Source: a virus (Duplodnaviria > Caudoviricetes). Taken from it: 42,450 nucleotides of DNA. The stretch lies in IMG/VR virus record IMGVR_UViG_3300027278_000019, positions 1 to 42,450 of that record, one strand, 5' to 3'. This document shows, piece by piece, positions 36,480 to 42,450 of the stretch. Each line of letters begins with the position of its first letter. Position 1 is the stretch's first letter. The notes beneath the pieces were generated by a model. It was not told the origin of the DNA, made no database searches, and saw only the letters and a list, made by a program, of their open reading frames with translations. The position numbers and the translations under genes were made by a program.

Positions 36480-36980
36480 ATGAAATCTTTTAAATCATAC
36501 TTGCAGGAATCTGCAAAAACATACACATATAGAATTAAGTTAGCAAAAGAGTTAACAAACGAAGAATTTGACCGCATTGAACGTCACTTAGTAAAGTACA
36601 ACGTTCAAAAGTTCGGCGCACCAAAGAAACTAATGTTACAATCAACACCATACGATTTCCCACAACTGCGTGGTTATGAGATTCATGTTGTTGAGTTCAC
36701 TACAACTATTCCAGCAAGTGCATATCAAATTCAAACAGAGATTCAAAATTTAATTGGTATTAGCGACGGCTTTATGAAAGTACGCAGTGACCAAGAGCCA
36801 TTAGAAAAAGCAGAGCAAGCAGAACAAGCTGGTGAAGTTGTAAAGAGCCTCCTAGAAGATCCAGACTACAGTGAAGCAGAAACTGTTAAGGCTGAAGATT
36901 ATTATGGCGACAAATATAACACAAAGTTTGTACAAGAGCTACTAAAGCTACGCAAAGAGAAGGAAAAAGACAATGAATGA
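36480..36980 (+). CDS. Putative internal head protein with a capsid-targeting-like N-terminus
   Basis: AGGAG spacing favours the second ATG (36480), giving MKSFKSYLQE/S. Confidence 0.6.
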   Translation: MKSFKSYLQESAKTYTYRIKLAKELTNEEFDRIERHLVKYNVQKFGAPKKLMLQSTPYDFPQLRGYEIHVVEFTTTIPASAYQIQTEIQNLIGISDGFMKVRSDQEPLEKAEQAEQAGEVVKSLLEDPDYSEAETVKAEDYYGDKYNTKFVQELLKLRKEKEKDNE

Positions 36981-37701
36981 TCTAGCCAGAATACTAGGTC
37001 TTGCAGGTCTAGCTACGGAAAAGAGCGTAGCAGCGCCAGCAGATCGTGAACTAAAAGAACAAGATGGTTGCCCATGCGGCGGCGGCGGACATTGCAAGTG
37101 TAGTGGTGATTGCCCAGATTGTAATTGCCATGGCAATAATGAATGGGATGAATCAGTGGTAAACAAAGCAAAAGATCCTGTAGGAGAAGCATCAAAACCA
37201 GATTTCCTTGATGTTGATGGTGACGGCGATCGTGAGGAATCATGGAAAGATGCTGAAGAAGATAAAGAAGAACTTGACGAAGCAACGGCAAAAATTGCGT
37301 GCCTAACGTGTGATGAAGTTTCAACAGCAAAAGCATGGGAAAAGAATCACGGATTCTGCCCTAAGTGCAAAACTTCAAGTCAGGGCGTAGCAGAGTCAAT
37401 TGAAGAAGATGACGAGCTTACTGAATCACCAACAATGGACACCACGCAACTAGTAATTATGATGCGTAATGCTGGACTAAGCGAAGAAGTTATCTCACAA
37501 AAACTAGACGAATGGGCAAATACGCCAGAGGGCGTTGGCGAGGTAGAACCAACAGCACATGGCGATGCATATGATTTCGCACAGAGTGTTAACCTAAGTC
37601 TAAAGCGTTACCTAGATGCGCAGGATATGAAAGTGCAAGTTACTGAACACAAAGTTGAGAACATGAAAGCACTTTATGAAGCACACAAAGCAAAGAAATA
37701 A
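36973..37701 (+). CDS. Acidic modular protein with Cys-rich, DxDxDGD and CxxC motifs; putative head protein
   Basis: CPCGGGGHCKCSGDCPDCNCH, KPDFLDVDGDGD, CLTC...CPKC, LAGL/NAGL motifs. Confidence 0.65.
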   Translation: MNDLARILGLAGLATEKSVAAPADRELKEQDGCPCGGGGHCKCSGDCPDCNCHGNNEWDESVVNKAKDPVGEASKPDFLDVDGDGDREESWKDAEEDKEELDEATAKIACLTCDEVSTAKAWEKNHGFCPKCKTSSQGVAESIEEDDELTESPTMDTTQLVIMMRNAGLSEEVISQKLDEWANTPEGVGEVEPTAHGDAYDFAQSVNLSLKRYLDAQDMKVQVTEHKVENMKALYEAHKAKK

Positions 37702-37722
37702 GTCCTACTGATAGGGCGGGCC

Positions 37723-37751
37723 AAAATAGCACCTGCGGGTGCTATTTTTTT
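37723..37751 (+). terminator. Rho-independent terminator
   Basis: AAAATAGCACC-TGCG-GGTGCTATTTT plus TTT. Confidence 0.8.
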
Positions 37752-37752
37752 G

Positions 37753-37760
37753 GATAAATA
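37753..37760 (+). promoter_or_regulatory. Late promoter (GATAAATA) 5 nt before the terminase ATG
   Basis: Late motif directly after the terminator. Confidence 0.6.
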
Positions 37761-37765
37761 TTATT

Positions 37766-39328
<1,563 letters not shown>

Positions 39329-39336
39329 TCAAATAG

Positions 39337-39344
39337 CATAAATA
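39337..39344 (+). promoter_or_regulatory. Late promoter (CATAAATA)
   Basis: Late motif, intergenic. Confidence 0.6.
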
Positions 39345-39370
39345 GTTATATAACAATAAGGAAGACTACA

Positions 39371-40642
39371 GTGGAACAACTTGCAAGTGAAATATTCGCT
39401 ATTCTAAAAGGGGCTAATTACAAGCTACGCCTGTTTACAGCAGCCGGAGTCAAAACAATGGACCCAGAAGAAGCAACACGTTTCTATGCATACGATCAAG
39501 ATTTAATGGTTTCAATTCGTCATGACGAAGCAAAAACAGAAGTAGTAGTCCAGGCTGGTGAGGGATACGATATTCCACGTAACTCAAAGTTACTTGGCGC
39601 AATTAAAGCCACAGCCCATAGAAATTTAGGTGAATATACAGTGAGAAAATTTGATAAAGCAATAGCCCCAAAAGACTTCGCACACCAGAGTGTAGTTGAA
39701 AGCGCATTTGGCAAAGCGTATGGTAGTATCAAAACAAGCTACGTAATGAGTCCACATGCTAAACTAATTATTAAGCATAGCAAAGGTGTTGACGAGAGCG
39801 TTAAAGGTTCACGTAGCCGTAATATTCACAGCTTGTTCATTGAGAGTGAGCAGGGAGAGAAATTTGCGTTTCCATTCAAATACATGAGTGGCGCAAAAGC
39901 AATGACGATGCACGTCAGCGAAGGCGGTACACCATATGACGAGAAGGGCAAAGCGATCCTATCCGTCTGTGAAGAACTCGCAGATCTAACCAAGTTTGTA
40001 AAGCATACACGTGCCAACAAACTTGTCAACGAAGGTAACGAGGACATTGTTGAAACAATTCGTAGTAGAATTGCAGAAAACAAGGCACTTGTTAAATCTT
40101 TGTCAACAAAAAGAGGTTATAACAACTTCCAGGTATCAGAAAATATCCAGGAAGAACAAATTGATGTTGACATCACGGAACAATTCCTATATGATACATT
40201 TACCGCAGAAGAAATGCAAAGAATCGTAAGCCGCGTAAATCGCATCGTATCAGAAGCAGGAAAGAGAGACAACATGCAGCAAGAACTTATTGGTAAACTA
40301 TACGGTATCATTCAAAGCGGAGATTTGGGTATGTCACACGTTGACGTAAACGACCCAGAGCATCCAAACAACGAAAATCCAGCAAAATATAGCGGTCCAC
40401 AGGGTGCTTACGCAAAACTTGCTAGCATGTTGTCATTCATTGCTAAACGTACAAAGAACGACGAACTATCAAACGTACTGGGTGAACTAAGTGAGCGTGT
40501 CTTTAATCTAGACAAATCATCACTAAACGTACTAGCAAAGTTCGTCATGTTTGCACTAAAGCCAAAGGCAGCACCAGCGGCGGCGACTGAATCTTCCCTA
40601 ACTGAGAGTGTAATGTTCTCACTACGCAAAAAGATTTCCTAA
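39371..40642 (+). CDS. Hypothetical late protein (GTG start)
   Basis: AAGGA RBS, 423-aa ORF, late promoter. Confidence 0.7.
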   Translation: MEQLASEIFAILKGANYKLRLFTAAGVKTMDPEEATRFYAYDQDLMVSIRHDEAKTEVVVQAGEGYDIPRNSKLLGAIKATAHRNLGEYTVRKFDKAIAPKDFAHQSVVESAFGKAYGSIKTSYVMSPHAKLIIKHSKGVDESVKGSRSRNIHSLFIESEQGEKFAFPFKYMSGAKAMTMHVSEGGTPYDEKGKAILSVCEELADLTKFVKHTRANKLVNEGNEDIVETIRSRIAENKALVKSLSTKRGYNNFQVSENIQEEQIDVDITEQFLYDTFTAEEMQRIVSRVNRIVSEAGKRDNMQQELIGKLYGIIQSGDLGMSHVDVNDPEHPNNENPAKYSGPQGAYAKLASMLSFIAKRTKNDELSNVLGELSERVFNLDKSSLNVLAKFVMFALKPKAAPAAATESSLTESVMFSLRKKIS

Positions 40643-40662
40643 TAGGTGATCTTAAAAACTGC

Positions 40663-40691
40663 TTGACAGTGAGCAGTATTTGTAATACACT
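40663..40691 (+). promoter_or_regulatory. Sigma70-type promoter
   Basis: TTGACA (40663-40668), 17 bp, TACACT (40686-40691). Confidence 0.8.
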
Positions 40692-40768
40692 GTAAAGGCT
40701 AACATAGGCACACGCGAACATTAGTTTGCAAAATTATATACTAACATAGGCTAATAAAGGAAAAAACT

Positions 40769-41785
40769 ATGGCATCACTAGCAGAAATCCGTGCGAAATT
40801 ACTCGCACAAGAAAATCGTCAAACTGGCACACGTTCAACAGGCACTGGCGACAACGCAATTTTCGCACATTGGAATATCAAAGAAGGCGAAACTGCAACA
40901 CTACGCTTCCTACCAGACGCAGATGAATCAAACACGTTCTTTTGGAAAGAACGTCAGATGATGCGTTTTGAATTCCCAGGCGTTAAAGGTGGGGATGAAC
41001 ACAAACCTGTAACAGTACAGGTTCCATGTATTGAAATGTGGAATGAAACATGCCCAGTACATGCTGAAATCCGTCCGTGGTTTAAAGATTCTTCAATGGA
41101 AGACCTTGCACGTAAGTACTGGAAGAAAAAATCATACATCTTCCAAGGCTTCGTAACTGATAACCCAATCACTGACGAAGAAACTCCAGAAAATCTAATT
41201 CGTCGTTTTGTAATCAGCCCACAGATCTTTAAGATCATCAGTGCGGCACTAATGGATCCTGATTTCCCAGAAATCCCAACCGATTATGAAAACGGCACTG
41301 ACTTTAAAGTAGCCAAAGGCAGCAAAGGCGGCTATGCAGACTATGGTACATCAAACTGGGCTCGTCGTGAGCGTAGTCTAAACCAAACTGAACGTGATGC
41401 AATCGCACAGTATGGCTTGTTCAACTTGAACGACTATCTTCCAAAGAAACCAAATGCTGAAGAACTAAACGCTATCTTTGAAATGTTCGAAGCAAGTGTT
41501 GATGGTCAGCTTTACGACCCAGAGCGTTTTGCTAACTACTACCGTCCATACGGTGTAGAGGCACCATCGACTGGGGCTCGCACAACACCTGCGGCAGCAG
41601 CACCACGCCCAGCGGCCCCTGCGCCAGCGCCACGCCCTGCTCCTGCTCCAGCAGCAGATTACGATGACGAAATCCCATTTAAATCAAATGAGGAAGTAGC
41701 ACGTGAGTCAGCACCAGCAGCATCAGGCGATGCAAAACCAAGCGCACAGGACATCCTTGCGATGATTCGCAACCGTAAAGAATAA
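40769..41785 (+). CDS. Single-stranded DNA-binding protein (T4 gp32-like)
   Basis: LRFLPD, C......CPV, ARKYWKKKSY, G.DFK..K...GYADY..S.W; Pro/Ala-rich tail. Confidence 0.85.
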   Translation: MASLAEIRAKLLAQENRQTGTRSTGTGDNAIFAHWNIKEGETATLRFLPDADESNTFFWKERQMMRFEFPGVKGGDEHKPVTVQVPCIEMWNETCPVHAEIRPWFKDSSMEDLARKYWKKKSYIFQGFVTDNPITDEETPENLIRRFVISPQIFKIISAALMDPDFPEIPTDYENGTDFKVAKGSKGGYADYGTSNWARRERSLNQTERDAIAQYGLFNLNDYLPKKPNAEELNAIFEMFEASVDGQLYDPERFANYYRPYGVEAPSTGARTTPAAAAPRPAAPAPAPRPAPAPAADYDDEIPFKSNEEVARESAPAASGDAKPSAQDILAMIRNRKE

Positions 41786-41805
41786 TTACGTATAATGTCT
41801 ATATA

Positions 41806-41824
41806 GGAGGGCAGACTGCCCTCC
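41806..41824. repeat. Near-perfect palindrome/hairpin after the SSB gene
   Basis: GGAGGGCAG-A-CTGCCCTCC with only a weak T tail. Confidence 0.65.
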
Positions 41825-41848
41825 ACTTTACATTTTTGGAGAAATATT

Positions 41849-42043
41849 ATGGCTACTAAGCTATCAGACAAACTATCTAAAGTTGATGAAGACATCACTA
41901 TCACACAAGCAGACAATGGCTTTATCGTAGCAGTATCTGGTCGTAATTCAGAAGACGACTGGGCGACCGCTAAGATCGTATGTACTTCACTTGATGAAGT
42001 TGTAGATCTTATTAAAGAAGCATCTGCTATGGAGCATTCATAA
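41849..42043 (+). CDS. Small hypothetical protein
   Basis: GGAG RBS, 64 aa, fills the gap between SSB and UvsX. Confidence 0.7.
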   Translation: MATKLSDKLSKVDEDITITQADNGFIVAVSGRNSEDDWATAKIVCTSLDEVVDLIKEASAMEHS

Positions 42044-42045
42044 GC

Positions 42046-42450
42046 ATGGCACGACCATTTGACATTAGTAAATTTCGCAAGAGTATTACTAAGTCAGTGC
42101 CTGGACTAAGCGTAGGATTTAACGATCCAGACACTTGGGTCAGCACTGGTAACTATACTCTTAATAAACTTATCAGTGGTGACTTTAACAAAGGTATTCC
42201 ACTTGGCAAAGTTACAGTTTTTGCAGGTGAATCAGGTGCAGGTAAATCATACATTGCATCAGGTAACCTAGTAAGACACGCACAAGAACAAGGTATTTTC
42301 GTTGTTCTTATTGACAGTGAAAACGCACTAGACGAGGCATGGCTTAAGGCACTAAACGTAGACACTGATGACAGCAAGCTACTAAAACTTAACCTTGCTA
42401 TGATTGATGATGTTGCAAAGGTTGTTAGTGACTTCATGAAAGACTACAAA
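42046..42450 (+). CDS. uvsX: RecA-like recombinase UvsX (5' part, runs off the window)
   Basis: Manual translation: MARPFDISKFRKSITK...STGNYTLNKLISG...GIPLGKVTVFAGESGAGKS (Walker A)...LIDSENALD; absent from the ORF track because it has no stop in the window. Confidence 0.9.
   Translation, partial: MARPFDISKFRKSITKSVPGLSVGFNDPDTWVSTGNYTLNKLISGDFNKGIPLGKVTVFAGESGAGKSYIASGNLVRHAQEQGIFVVLIDSENALDEAWLKALNVDTDDSKLLKLNLAMIDDVAKVVSDFMKDYK

Noticed and set aside
42153-42437. Minus-strand 94-aa ORF
   Set aside because: Antisense shadow of the UvsX gene on the + strand.

Overview
A segment of a large T4-like (contractile-tailed) bacteriophage genome in the standard genetic code. From left to right: (1) the 3' ~720 nt of a large, highly structured non-coding RNA, most likely GOLLD-type, with a tRNA-Arg(TCT)-like domain embedded in it and a terminator after it; (2) a ~21 kb block of ten modular fibre/appendage genes plus one interrupting ParB-like gene, including 1731-aa and 1094-aa Ala-rich coiled-coil fibres and three proteins ending in peptidase S74 chaperone domains; (3) glycosyltransferase-like genes and a Nudix hydrolase; (4) T4-like morphogenesis genes (gp15- and gp14-like inverted, gp13, sheath gp18, tube gp19, gp4, terminase gp16/gp17), interrupted by two AT-rich SGNH-like paralogs and putative protease-processed internal head proteins; (5) the start of the replication/recombination block (gp32 SSB and a truncated UvsX/RecA). 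Most structural transcription units are preceded by a T4-late-type NATAAATA promoter, while the early-type genes have sigma70-type TTGACA-17-TAnAnT promoters. All family assignments come from recognised motifs and gene order; no database search was run.
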